Source: Treponema sp. (GTDB lineage Bacteria; Spirochaetota; Spirochaetia; Treponematales; Breznakiellaceae). Taken from it: a stretch of 64,000 bases of DNA. Within the stretch, counting starts at the first letter, position 1. The number at the start of each line of letters is the position of its first letter. The stretch is taken from positions 12,602 through 76,601 of the forward strand of contig JAITLC010000148.1 in NCBI GenBank assembly GCA_031278095.1, written 5' to 3'. The translations under genes were made by a program, and so were the position numbers. Under the pieces are notes generated by a model, which was not told where the DNA came from, did no database searches, and saw nothing but the letters and a program-made list of their open reading frames with translations. This document shows positions 54,847 through 64,000 of the stretch, one piece after another.

Positions 54847-57167
54847 TTGTTCTCTCCCTCGGCTGCAGTACCGGCGGCTTCGACGGCAAAAAAACTGTTG
54901 TTGTCGGTTTTACCGCCGGCAGGATCGTTCTGTTCCCTGGACGGCAGTTTGGGATACTCGATGCGGGAATGGTAGTGCCCGGCCAGGACACGGACAAACG
55001 CATTCTTGATTGTTTCAAGATCCTTAAAGGTAAGTTCCGCCCGGGAAAGCTGACCGTGCTCCACCTTGTTGTTAAACAGTTCCCGGATATATTTTTCCAT
55101 GGAAGACACGGTAGGTTTTTTAAGGGTTCTTACCGCAGCTTCGGTTACATCCGCCAGCATTACTACTGCAGATTCCCGGGAACGGGGAGGAGTACCGGGA
55201 TAGGAAAAATCTTCCGCGCTTACCGGGGACTTCTTGCGGGAATCGGACTTCTCCTGTTTTAAGGCCTTGTCGTAGAACCAGGAGATAAGGGAATTGCCGT
55301 GATGCTCCACGATAATATCCTGTACCTGACGGGGCAGCCCCAACTGACGGGCCTTTTCAAGCCCAATCCTTACATGGCTGCGGATGATGGTAGCGGAAAG
55401 CCGGGGGGCAAGATCGTCGTGGGGATTGTAGTCCCTCTGGTTTTCCACAAAGTATTCACTCTGCTCCATCTTCCCCAGGTCGTGGTAGTAGGCCCCCACC
55501 CGCGCCAGAAGCGCATTGGCCCCGATATCCTGGCAGGCCGCCTCTGCCAGATTGGCCACCATGATCGAGTGGCTGTAGGTTCCCGGAGCGGCGGCAAAGA
55601 GTTTCTTTAATGCCGGAGAATTGAGATCGGAAAGTTCCCGGAGACGGAAGGTAGTGGCGGCATTCATCATCTGTTCCAGAACAGGGAGGAAACCCATTAC
55701 CAGCATTCCGGAGGCAAGACCGTTAAAGGCAGCCCAGAAGAGGATGGGCGGGAAACCGGCAAACCCTGTCCACCGGGTAAGCAGGATTGCCACGGCGGCA
55801 ACACAGTTCACAGCCGCTATGAAGAGCCCGGTCTTGATAATATCCATGCGATTTTCCGCTTTTTCCAGAGAATAGGAGGCGGAAACTGCGGAAACCAGGG
55901 CAAAAATTAAAGCCGGCGCATCAAAAGAACCGGAAACCCATGCACCCAGCGGCAGGGCCATACCCAGTACCAGGGCAAGCCGGGGACTTACGAGAATCGC
56001 AGGCAGCATGATCAGCAGGGCTGTGGGCATCAATATGGAAACAGGGAATGATTCGGTATTCAGGGAAAGACAGGCGGCAAAGGCCGCCCCGGAAAGATAG
56101 ATGGTGGAAAGCACGATGATCAGGAACACCTCAGGATCTTCAAGATGCCTCCCGGTAATCCGCCGGGAACCGAGAAATACCAAAAGCCTGAAGACAAGGA
56201 AAAGGAGGAGAAGATGACCCGCCACGAGCCGGGGATTCTGCCCCGGAAGGCTCTGGTTCAGAGCCCTGAGGGCCCGCATATTCTCTTCGGTAATGATAAA
56301 ATCCTTGCGGATCACCTGTTCACCCTGTTCAAAATGATGTACAACCGGTTCAACACGGACTCTAATTCCCGCCACCTGCCGCCGGGTATCTTCTTCGGAA
56401 AAGAACACATTTTCCCTGATAAAGGGCTGAAGCAATTCCCCGGCGATCAGGGCAAAGGCAGGAGGAAACGTCCCCCCGGAAATATGCTGGTTCAGGGCCT
56501 CAACGGCATTTTCCATGGTTATCATGTCGCTGTAGTGGATATGTTCCGATTCTGTCCGCGTACCGTTAACGAGAAGCACCTCCGCCGTATCGGGGTTATA
56601 GAGCCCCAGACTGTCCCTGGGCACGAGGCACACTCCCCGTTCATAGAGGTTTTTCAAGGCGATGCTGCCGTACTCACCGAACTTTTCCCGGTCTTCGTCA
56701 GAATAGAAGAATTCCAGTACACCGCCGGAAAATTCTCCCGGATATTCGGCCTGAACCGCAAGGGCAAAGGCGGCAAGGGAAACCTCCTTCTGAAAAAGCT
56801 TCAGGGAAAGGGCAAAAAAAGCCTCCCAATCGGCCAAAGAATCCTCGGCGGCCTCGGAATTGAACCTGAAAACTGCCGGAACAAGCCGTTCCTGGGCTTC
56901 TATGCGGAGCCGGGTGGCCGCTTCATCCACAAAAGAGAAAGGCTTTTCCACAACCACATCCCTGTCCGCCACTTTACCCACTTCAAATTCCCGCAGATCG
57001 CTTAAGCCGGAACGGAAACCGTGACTGGAAATGACTATTATTGAGGTTAAAATCAACCCTGCGACGGCCGCCAACGCCGGGCCGCGGCTAAAATTGGTAA
57101 AACCCAGCACGTTGAGCAGTATCAGGCCGGCTTTTTTAAAATTCGGCTTCCTAATTTGCTTTTTCAT
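54843..57167 (-). CDS. 7TM-HD membrane phosphohydrolase (PgpH/YqfF-like)
   Basis: Extracellular N-domain, seven TM helices, then an HD domain (HSIMVANLAEAA and YHDLGK). The ATG at 57167 (MKKQIRKPNF...) overlaps the phoH 3' end by 17 nt. Confidence 0.8.
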   Translation of the reverse strand: MKKQIRKPNFKKAGLILLNVLGFTNFSRGPALAAVAGLILTSIIVISSHGFRSGLSDLREFEVGKVADRDVVVEKPFSFVDEAATRLRIEAQERLVPAVFRFNSEAAEDSLADWEAFFALSLKLFQKEVSLAAFALAVQAEYPGEFSGGVLEFFYSDEDREKFGEYGSIALKNLYERGVCLVPRDSLGLYNPDTAEVLLVNGTRTESEHIHYSDMITMENAVEALNQHISGGTFPPAFALIAGELLQPFIRENVFFSEEDTRRQVAGIRVRVEPVVHHFEQGEQVIRKDFIITEENMRALRALNQSLPGQNPRLVAGHLLLLFLVFRLLVFLGSRRITGRHLEDPEVFLIIVLSTIYLSGAAFAACLSLNTESFPVSILMPTALLIMLPAILVSPRLALVLGMALPLGAWVSGSFDAPALIFALVSAVSASYSLEKAENRMDIIKTGLFIAAVNCVAAVAILLTRWTGFAGFPPILFWAAFNGLASGMLVMGFLPVLEQMMNAATTFRLRELSDLNSPALKKLFAAAPGTYSHSIMVANLAEAACQDIGANALLARVGAYYHDLGKMEQSEYFVENQRDYNPHDDLAPRLSATIIRSHVRIGLEKARQLGLPRQVQDIIVEHHGNSLISWFYDKALKQEKSDSRKKSPVSAEDFSYPGTPPRSRESAVVMLADVTEAAVRTLKKPTVSSMEKYIRELFNNKVEHGQLSRAELTFKDLETIKNAFVRVLAGHYHSRIEYPKLPSREQNDPAGGKTDNNSFFAVEAAGTAAEGENK

Positions 57168-58191
57168 GCATCCCTTCGGGCTGCGGGCATTGCCCGCCGG
57201 CAGGACGTAACGGGCCTGAAGTTGACGGCACAACACCGCCGGAGGCAACTTGCGCATACTCATCATAGGCCTGAATTATCTTCTTAATCAGGGGATTCCG
57301 GACTATATCGGCAGTATGAAGCCAGGCAAAGTAGAGTCCTTCGACGCCGGAAAGAATGGAAACGGCATGCAGTAACCCCGATTCGTTCCTCCGGGGGAGA
57401 TCTATCTGGGTAGTATCCCCGGTAACTATCGCCCGGGCCCCCTCCCCGATACGGGTAAGGAACATCTTCATCTGTTCTTTGGTGGTATTCTGGGCTTCAT
57501 CCAGAACTACGATACAATCATTAAGACTCCGGCCCCGCATATAGGCAAGCGGGGCAATCTCGATGGCCCTGGTTTCCTCCATTCTACGGATCATATCGTA
57601 GGGGATCAGGGACTCCATGGCGTCATAGAGGGGACGGAGATAGGGATTGATCTTCTGGGCCAGATCCCCGGGAAGAAAACCGAGACTTTCACCTGCCTCC
57701 ACTACCGGACGGGTAAGCACCAGTTTTCGCATCTTTCGGGAAAGAACAAGCCTTAAAGCCTCCGCAATGGCAAGGTAAGTTTTACCGGTACCCGCAGGAC
57801 CGACACAGAAACAAATATCGTTATTACGCATTCCATGAATATAATCAGCTTGATTACGACTCCGGGGGAACACCCTGCCGAAACCATGAGGGATCTGAAT
57901 AACCGAATCTTCCCGGGCCGGGGAGAGGGCTTCAAGGTTCACCGACAGGGCTTTGACATATTCGGGAGAAGGACTCTCCCCTTCCCGCACCCGGCTGATA
58001 AGGCTGTCCATAAGCTCCCTGAAACGGCGTCTCCCCGATTCATCCACCCCTTCAAGGCGAATTTCGTTTCCTCTGGCGGCTATCCGGCCTCCCAGAGAAT
58101 CCTCAATGACCCTCAGGTTTCCGTCGTTGACGCCGCATACCCCGGACAAGAGATCCCTCGAGTCCAGAACAATGGTTATACTATCCTCCAT
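57151..58191 (-). CDS. phoH: PhoH-family ATPase (YbeZ-like)
   Basis: Walker A is GPAGTGKTYLA and Walker B is VLDEAQN. I prefer the ATG at 58191 (MEDSITIV...), which is preceded by AAGGAA. Confidence 0.85.
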   Translation of the reverse strand: MEDSITIVLDSRDLLSGVCGVNDGNLRVIEDSLGGRIAARGNEIRLEGVDESGRRRFRELMDSLISRVREGESPSPEYVKALSVNLEALSPAREDSVIQIPHGFGRVFPRSRNQADYIHGMRNNDICFCVGPAGTGKTYLAIAEALRLVLSRKMRKLVLTRPVVEAGESLGFLPGDLAQKINPYLRPLYDAMESLIPYDMIRRMEETRAIEIAPLAYMRGRSLNDCIVVLDEAQNTTKEQMKMFLTRIGEGARAIVTGDTTQIDLPRRNESGLLHAVSILSGVEGLYFAWLHTADIVRNPLIKKIIQAYDEYAQVASGGVVPSTSGPLRPAGGQCPQPEGMHEKAN

Positions 58192-58415
58192 TAAATTCCT
58201 TACAGGAAGTCTATAGCCCCCTACTCCTTTAATCAACTACCCCGGGCCGGGAGGAAGAAATTTACCCTTAAAACGTTACAGGCCCAATTTATATGCACTC
58301 GCCCCGGCGTTGGGCCATGTTGTCTTTAGGACAGACTCCGGCCCGGTTGAACTATTGTGTAAGGGTTTCAATGTCCGGCCCGGTAACCCGGGCAACTTGT
58401 TCAAGGAGCAAACCT

Positions 58416-58547
58416 ATGGTCAATAACAATGTTTTTTGTCTTTCTGATGATGACGAGGCCGATTTTGAAGGACTCTGCTGCAAGCGGGAATTCGGGCCTG
58501 AATTCCAGAATATCCTGGTACTGTTCCGGTTCCGGAGTAGCATATAA
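58416..58547 (+). CDS. Candidate small ORF (43 aa), unknown
   Basis: The ATG at 58416 is preceded by AAGGAG with a 7-nt spacer. The product is MVNNNVFCLSDDDEADFEGLCCKREFGPEFQNILVLFRFRSSI. A T-rich-tailed hairpin lies about 30 nt downstream. No family recognised, so it may be non-coding. Confidence 0.3.
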   Translation: MVNNNVFCLSDDDEADFEGLCCKREFGPEFQNILVLFRFRSSI

Positions 58548-58576
58548 AAGCCGAATCCGCTCGTAATTACTTGAGG

Positions 58577-58627
58577 CTGTTCCAAAACCGTGCGCATTAG
58601 CGCACAGTCAATCAGTTTTGGAACAGG
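58577..58627. terminator. Nested stem-loop, possible bidirectional terminator
   Basis: The outer 12-bp stem pairs CTGTTCCAAAAC (58577-58588) with GTTTTGGAACAG (58616-58627). It encloses an inner hairpin GTGCGC-ATTA-GCGCAC (58590-58605). It lies 17 nt beyond the LptD-like stop on the minus strand. On the plus strand it is followed by CACTTTTCAAACTTTTAT. Confidence 0.45.
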
Positions 58628-58643
58628 CTCACTTTTCAAACTT

Positions 58644-61600
58644 TTATCGTATAATCCACTTGTTCTCAATGCCCTGTTTGTCTCTATATTCAATCTCGGT
58701 CTTAATCTCGGAAACGGGAACCCACTTTACCATAAAGGAGATCTCATTGTTGAATTTGTAGGTATAAGGCAGATTTTCCTGATCAAGATAGGGAGAGAGG
58801 GTTATCCCCAGCACCGCATTCCAGTCTCCCAGGTGGTGGGTAGCGGAAAAATTGAAAGTTTTCAGCTTGAATCCTGAACTCCGCCGTTTGGCGTCATCAT
58901 CAAAGCGGAACGAATTGACCAGATCGGTAAAGAAATTATTCTGCTCGCCTTCGGGAAATTCCCTGGAAAGTTTAAAAAAAGGCAGCTTCTGCAAATAGCG
59001 GAAAACGACAGAATTTGTAGTCGTACTGGAGAGGCTCAGATCGAGGAAGTTGTTGATACTCATATTGAAACCGAGGTTAAAGGTAAGGCTGGAATTGGTA
59101 TATCGCTGCAAATCCAAAAGCAGGCTGGTAGTATTATTGACGGTAAAACCGAGCCGTTTCTTCCAGAAAGGCTGCTTGGTATAAGTCTTGGAAAAACTGA
59201 TGTTGACGTCCCTGTTTTTCAGGGTAGGTTCTTCTTCTGACTGAACCCAGCCCGTATCCTCCAATACATAACCTGCCTGCCTTGTGGCTGTATAGGCTAC
59301 GGTTAGGGCGCTGAGAATATTAAAGGTACTGGTCAGGGTGGTAACTTCATTGATCTTTTCTGCGGGTTTCTCCTCATGGGGATCGTAATCATAGACAATA
59401 TACTGTTGGAAACTCCCCCACTTACCAAAAGCGAGCTTTCCGGTCAAATAGAGGGGCTCAAATTTGAGGTAGTCAAAATCTTCAAGGACGACGGGCGGAG
59501 GGATGTAACTTGTATCTGTACCCGTATTGGTATCTTCTTCCTCCTCAGGCTTGGGAAAGACGATCCGCGTATGGGCGTTTGCCTCAAAAATCCAGGCCCG
59601 CAAGGTCATATTACCGGAAAATGCCTCCTCCCTGGGGGGAAGCTCGTAGGCAAACGTAAGATTCTGCATTTTATTCATGACGGATGCATTGACATTGGTT
59701 GAAATAGTGTGGGAATCCAGATGTTTCTTCTTCCAGGCGCCGTGTTCTGTCTCCCACTCGGGCTCAAGCCCGGTACCGGTAAACTTCGACTTGGCTATGA
59801 TCCCCTTGAATGCGTACTGGATATTGCTGGTTCCAAAGACCGCATTCCAGAAAAAAGGACGCAGGGTAAAAACATTTTCATAGAAAGTGGACCAGTAGGT
59901 TGCATCATAGTTCCGTTTTTTAGCCTGGGCGATTTTGGTATTCTCCTTCTCTTTCTCGGTTTTCTCCTCCGGGGGGGTCAGGGAGCTGGTGAAGCCCAGG
60001 CCGTTATTCAAGGCTGCCTCCGCGAATTCTTCCGCTTCTTCATTCATATAGTTGTAGTCCTGCCAGGAACCGGTACCGCTTATGGTAAAGGCATTGCTGT
60101 AGAGCCCGGAATTGGTATGCTCCAGGGTGAAGGTGGTACTGGCATCCCCTTTTACAATAGAAAGAATTGAAGAAATCTCGCTCCAGTCTATCTGATCCTG
60201 TTCCCTCCAGTGCTTTAGATCGTTACGGAACTGCAGTTCCGATGCCGACGAAGGGCTAAGGCGGTAATCGATGCTGAATCTGTGACCCCTGTCCTGGGGA
60301 TCAAAACGCTGGTTCAGGGCAGGCGGGCTCTGGGGGTTCTGATCCTTTGAAGAAATTTGCTTGTCTTCCTTGGCCGCAAAGGGAGAACGGGGGACGCCGA
60401 TATCTGCAAAAGGATCCTCTTTTTCTTCATTCTGACTGTTTTGGTTTTGGTTTTGATACTGGTTTTGGATTGAGGGCGCGGCGCCCAGGGAAAAGGGAGT
60501 TCCCGTAATAGTGGCGCTGAGGGAATAGACGGTAAATTTATCGGGAAAATAAAATTTTCTGTCCGGTTTGTTCTGATTTATCAACTCCTGGGCCGAATCA
60601 AGTGCCCCGGTTCCGGTGTCCGTCCCTGTTCCTGTCCCACTGCCTGTTCCGGTTTCTGTTGAAGAAGTAGACGTACTTAGCAGCTTTTTGGAATCCCTCT
60701 CCCGGAAAGACACGGTACTGGTAATGCTTGATATGGAAAGGGAATTTATATACGGATTGAGAAAACTTACCGAAGGGTTAAACGAACCGTTGAGCCGCCA
60801 CTCATAGGAGGAGAGAAGACTCCGTTCCTCTTCTTCTTCATCCTCCACGGCCCTGGCCCCCTCCTTTCCGAGTCCTATCCAGTCCATCTCTTCGGAACGC
60901 TTCAAAAAGTCGCGATCCATATAGGGATCGGAATAGTAGGGGAAGGCCCATGCAAACGACCCGTATGTCCCCCCCAGAGAACCGGCCATGGTAAAACGGT
61001 AACGGAAAGGTATATCCCAGGAAATAAAACGGGAACCGTTCCAGTCGCTGGTTCCGTCATACCAGGCAAAAGGAGTATAGGAATTTTCGTTTTCAGGCAT
61101 CCTTACTACAGTCCGGGAAAAACCCAGGCCTGCGGAAAGATCTATGGCGCCGAAGATCCCTTTCCGGGGCATGCTGAGATCCGTTCCCACATAGGTTCCC
61201 AGATTGGTATAGTAGTCCACCAGGGCCTTGAGGCTTACTTCATCCTTGTTCACCTTTTTCTTTCCGGTACTCTTGAGCCAAACCCCCTGGCGTTCCTTTT
61301 CCATGTCCGCGCCGCTGCCGAGGATCCTGGAGATAGAGCTTTCCGTGGAAGGATCAACCTTGGGACGCCCCAGGATATAGGTACTCGTCTGGAGGAAACT
61401 CCCCTCCCGTGAGCGGAGACCAATTACCGGGTGAAAGATCATCTCATCTGCCGGGTAATAAAAAAAGGGAATATAGAGTACCGGAATTTCCCCTACCTTG
61501 AGTACTCCGTTAAAAATGGCAAAATCGGAACCGGGGAGAAGCCAGAGTTTAGTGGCATTCATCGTCCAGAAGGCTTCAGGATTGCTTGCATTGCTTATCT

Positions 61601-62393
61601 CGGCCTTGCGCAGCACTGTTACCTCTTCATCATTGCGGGAAATCACGTTTCCTGAAAAACGGTAGACGGTTTCATCGGACTGGCTGCCCTTCTCGGTGAG
61701 CCCTTCGAGAAAAACGCTTGACCAGTTGTCAAGGTTCACCGTTATCTTCTGGCCCCTGAAGGTTTCTATGGAGTCCCCTTCGGTTCTGACGTATTCCACT
61801 TCTCCCAAGGCGGACATGATGTTTCGGGTCTTGTTGTAGAGGATCTCCTGTGCCTGGATGCGGTGAACAGCCTCCCCGTCCTTGAGGTTCACCACCACTC
61901 CTCCCCGGAGCCGGGCATACTCCTCGTCAACCGCTTCCAGGGTAAAGTATTCGGTGCTTCTGGCGCTCTCTATGGTGATAATCTTCTGGTTTTCCCCGGA
62001 AGGCCGCTCAACGGATTCTTTGATTTGGTAATATTCCCGAAGCCTTTTGACCAGTTCTTCGTGGGTGCCCCCTTCGGAAAGATTGAGACTCCGGGCCCAG
62101 GCAGCCAGTTCCATCAGAGAGGAGGTCTTAATATCCATGGCAATGCGCTTCAGTTCCGGATCTTCTTCCTCCGCAGCGGTTTCAGCGCCTTCAACGACAT
62201 CACCCTCCACGGAAACGCCGGCTTCTTCCCCGCCTTCCACGGAAACGCCGGCCTCTTCCCCGTCTTCCGCGGAAACACCGGCTTCTGTAAGAGAATCATC
62301 CGGGCCGGATGATTCTCCCTCCTGCGCAACAAGAGAAAAGCCGGCAAAAAAAATGAAAAAAATGAAACTAAAAAAAGAGCGCCGGCCTTTCAT
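58644..62393 (-). CDS. LptD/OstA-like outer-membrane protein with repeat-rich N-terminus
   Basis: The ATG at 62393 (MKGRRSFFSFIFFIFFAGFSLVAQ) gives a signal peptide. An OstA-N-like beta-jellyroll segment is present. The LptD-like motif FNGVLKVGEIPVLYIPFFYYP...REGSFL resembles E. coli FKVGPVPIFYSPYLQLP...RRSGFL. The C-terminal half is long and beta-rich. Confidence 0.65.
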   Translation of the reverse strand: MKGRRSFFSFIFFIFFAGFSLVAQEGESSGPDDSLTEAGVSAEDGEEAGVSVEGGEEAGVSVEGDVVEGAETAAEEEDPELKRIAMDIKTSSLMELAAWARSLNLSEGGTHEELVKRLREYYQIKESVERPSGENQKIITIESARSTEYFTLEAVDEEYARLRGGVVVNLKDGEAVHRIQAQEILYNKTRNIMSALGEVEYVRTEGDSIETFRGQKITVNLDNWSSVFLEGLTEKGSQSDETVYRFSGNVISRNDEEVTVLRKAEISNASNPEAFWTMNATKLWLLPGSDFAIFNGVLKVGEIPVLYIPFFYYPADEMIFHPVIGLRSREGSFLQTSTYILGRPKVDPSTESSISRILGSGADMEKERQGVWLKSTGKKKVNKDEVSLKALVDYYTNLGTYVGTDLSMPRKGIFGAIDLSAGLGFSRTVVRMPENENSYTPFAWYDGTSDWNGSRFISWDIPFRYRFTMAGSLGGTYGSFAWAFPYYSDPYMDRDFLKRSEEMDWIGLGKEGARAVEDEEEEERSLLSSYEWRLNGSFNPSVSFLNPYINSLSISSITSTVSFRERDSKKLLSTSTSSTETGTGSGTGTGTDTGTGALDSAQELINQNKPDRKFYFPDKFTVYSLSATITGTPFSLGAAPSIQNQYQNQNQNSQNEEKEDPFADIGVPRSPFAAKEDKQISSKDQNPQSPPALNQRFDPQDRGHRFSIDYRLSPSSASELQFRNDLKHWREQDQIDWSEISSILSIVKGDASTTFTLEHTNSGLYSNAFTISGTGSWQDYNYMNEEAEEFAEAALNNGLGFTSSLTPPEEKTEKEKENTKIAQAKKRNYDATYWSTFYENVFTLRPFFWNAVFGTSNIQYAFKGIIAKSKFTGTGLEPEWETEHGAWKKKHLDSHTISTNVNASVMNKMQNLTFAYELPPREEAFSGNMTLRAWIFEANAHTRIVFPKPEEEEDTNTGTDTSYIPPPVVLEDFDYLKFEPLYLTGKLAFGKWGSFQQYIVYDYDPHEEKPAEKINEVTTLTSTFNILSALTVAYTATRQAGYVLEDTGWVQSEEEPTLKNRDVNISFSKTYTKQPFWKKRLGFTVNNTTSLLLDLQRYTNSSLTFNLGFNMSINNFLDLSLSSTTTNSVVFRYLQKLPFFKLSREFPEGEQNNFFTDLVNSFRFDDDAKRRSSGFKLKTFNFSATHHLGDWNAVLGITLSPYLDQENLPYTYKFNNEISFMVKWVPVSEIKTEIEYRDKQGIENKWIIR
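62207..62288 (-). repeat. 30-nt in-frame tandem repeat (about 2.7 copies)
   Basis: The plus-strand units are CCACGGAAACGCCGGCTTCTTCCCCGCCTT, CCACGGAAACGCCGGCCTCTTCCCCGTCTT and a partial third. They encode the decapeptide repeat GEEAGVSVEG in the LptD-like N-terminus. Confidence 0.85.
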
Positions 62394-62394
62394 T

Positions 62395-64000
62395 CTACCG
62401 GGCTGGTTTCTTTCCGGAATTTCCGGACACCTTTCTTCCCTGCTTTCGGCCCAGCATTTCTTTGATGTAGAAACCCGTGTAAGACTTGCTGCAGAGGGCC
62501 AGTTCTTCCGGCGTTCCGGTAGCCACGAGTTCCCCGCCCTTATCCCCGCCTTCAGGCCCGAGATCGATGATATGGTCTGCCTGCAGCAGCACATCCAGGT
62601 TGTGTTCGATCATTACTACCGTATTCTCCTGATCCACAAGGCGCTGAATCACCTCCATAAGCTGCTTCACATCGGCAAAGTGAAGCCCCGTGGTAGGTTC
62701 GTCGAGAATGTAGAGGGTCTTCCCCGTGGAGCGCTTGGAAAGTTCAAGGGCCAGTTTTACCCGCTGGGCCTCTCCCCCGGAAAGGGTAAGGGCGCTCTGT
62801 CCGAGCTTCACGTAACCCAGACCCACGGAGAGGAGGGTATCCATCTTCCGGGCCACATGGGGAATGTATTCAAAGAATTCCGCAGCCTCCTCAATGGTCA
62901 TGTCGAGAACATCGGCAATGTTCTTTCCCTTGTAGCGTATGTCCAGGGTTTCCTTGTTGAAACGTTTCCCGTGACAGACATCACAGGTAATGTATACATC
63001 GGGGAGAAAATTCATCTCAATCTTGATTGTCCCGTCACCCTGGCAGTTTTCACACCTGCCCCCCTTTACATTGAAGGAGAAACGCCCCGGCTTGTAGCCC
63101 CTGGCCTTTGAATCCGGAAGACTGGAAAAAAGATCCCGGATACCGGAAAAGACGCCCACATAGGTTGCCGGATTGGAACGGGGCGTGCGGCCGATGGGGC
63201 TCTGATCGATATCTATCACCTTGTCGATGTATTCGATTCCTTCAATGCTGTCATAGTCCCCTTCCTGCCTGCTTGAACCGTAAATGTTGTTTGCCAAAGC
63301 CGGATAGAGCACATCACTTAAAAGGGTGGACTTGCCGGAACCCGAAACCCCGGTAATGCAGGTAAAAACGCCGAGGGGGATCTCCACGTCTATGTTTTTA
63401 AGGTTATGCTCCCGCACGCCCTTCAGCTTGACTCTTATCCCCTTCCCTTTTCGCCGTTCCGCGGGTATCTCCATCTTGAGCGTTCCCGCCAGATAGCGGC
63501 CCGTAAGGCTTTCCCGGGACTTCGTCAGCTCCCTGGGGTTCCCCTGGGCAACCACATAACCGCCGTGAACTCCCGCACCCGGCCCCAGATCCACGATATA
63601 GTCGGCGGTACGGAGAGTCTGTTCATCATGTTCCACCACGATGAGTGTATTCCCCAGATCCCTCATGTAGAGCAGGGTATCGATAAGCTTCTGGTTATCC
63701 CGCTGGTGGAGACCGATGGAAGGTTCGTCGAGAATGTAGAGTACCCCCACAAGACTTGAGCCGATTTGGGTGGCCAGACGAATACGCTGGGCCTCTCCCC
63801 CGGAAAGCGTAGCGCTTTTCCGTTCCAGGGTGAGGTAATCGAGTCCCACATTTTTCATAAAGCCCAGGCGGGCATTGATCTCCTTGAGAATCTGGTTGGC
63901 TATCTCCTTTTCATTCTTGTCCAGTTTGATAGTTTCAAAAAATTTGAGGGAATCGGACACGGAAAGACTGGAAAGTTCCCAGATATTGAGCCGTCCGCCG
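62395..64000 (-). CDS. uvrA: Excinuclease ABC subunit A, 5'-truncated by the window edge
   Basis: UvrA signatures: [17 protein letters not shown], the zinc-finger CxxC pairs ([17 protein letters not shown]), a second ABC signature [15 protein letters not shown] and [10 protein letters not shown]. The frame stays open upstream of the GTG listed in the ORF track (…[18 protein letters not shown]), so the gene continues past 64000. Confidence 0.95.
   Translation of the reverse strand, partial: GGRLNIWELSSLSVSDSLKFFETIKLDKNEKEIANQILKEINARLGFMKNVGLDYLTLERKSATLSGGEAQRIRLATQIGSSLVGVLYILDEPSIGLHQRDNQKLIDTLLYMRDLGNTLIVVEHDEQTLRTADYIVDLGPGAGVHGGYVVAQGNPRELTKSRESLTGRYLAGTLKMEIPAERRKGKGIRVKLKGVREHNLKNIDVEIPLGVFTCITGVSGSGKSTLLSDVLYPALANNIYGSSRQEGDYDSIEGIEYIDKVIDIDQSPIGRTPRSNPATYVGVFSGIRDLFSSLPDSKARGYKPGRFSFNVKGGRCENCQGDGTIKIEMNFLPDVYITCDVCHGKRFNKETLDIRYKGKNIADVLDMTIEEAAEFFEYIPHVARKMDTLLSVGLGYVKLGQSALTLSGGEAQRVKLALELSKRSTGKTLYILDEPTTGLHFADVKQLMEVIQRLVDQENTVVMIEHNLDVLLQADHIIDLGPEGGDKGGELVATGTPEELALCSKSYTGFYIKEMLGRKQGRKVSGNSGKKPAR

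Noticed and set aside
56145-57005. A 286-aa plus-strand ORF antisense to the 7TM-HD gene. Similar antisense ORFs occur at 53585-54307, 37075-37758, 27429-28118, 40336-40806 and 47796-48347.
   Set aside because: All lie wholly within, and antisense to, genes with strong family motifs. None has an SD or a recognisable motif.
62047-63111. A 354-aa plus-strand ORF antisense to the uvrA and LptD-like genes.
   Set aside because: uvrA motifs on the opposite strand are unambiguous. This ORF spans the uvrA/LptD-like junction and is Ser/Pro-rich.

Overview
This is a densely coding 64-kb chromosomal window with no rRNA or tRNA genes, CRISPR arrays, transposases or integrases that I could see. The gene content (many lipobox and TPR proteins, LolCDE, an LptD-like outer-membrane protein) suggests a diderm bacterium, plausibly a spirochaete, but that is inference only. 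All family calls come from reading motifs in the supplied translations; no database search was run.

Layout, start to end:
- Rubredoxin (missed by the ORF track) and a class II aldolase.
- Envelope genes: TPR lipoproteins and an MltD-like lytic transglycosylase with LysM domains.
- A three-gene cassette at 6829-13295: a TerB-N/TerB-C protein, a DUF2791/BrxD-type P-loop ATPase and an Lhr-like DEAH helicase.
- A hydantoin-type cluster at 13790-19905: racemase, NCS1 permease, DUF917, hydantoinase-A-like protein and a dipeptide epimerase.
- TraX.
- An Opp/Dpp-type peptide ABC transporter with a fused permease-ATPase gene.
- A full-length 1489-aa Lhr helicase.
- An A/T-richer AraC-controlled sugar ABC / GH3 locus.
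- ftsY, an acidic-repeat protein and lolCDE.
- prfB with its programmed +1 frameshift, preceded by a small Cas2-fold-like ORF.
- TPR proteins, then the phoH / 7TM-HD / ybeY / corC operon.
- An LptD-like outer-membrane protein and the 3' part of uvrA.

The most interesting item is the TerB/ATPase/helicase cassette. It matches the Shango-type anti-phage architecture, but its TerB protein carries a roughly 560-aa N-terminal extension that looks like an inactivated SNF2-type ATPase lobe. The cassette sits inside a run of envelope genes rather than in a mobile island.

Secondary items:
- A roughly 100-nt hairpin-containing intergenic element present in two copies about 20 kb apart.
- The orphan Cas2-like ORF upstream of prfB.
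- A candidate 43-aa small ORF next to a nested hairpin.
- The OppC-OppD fusion.
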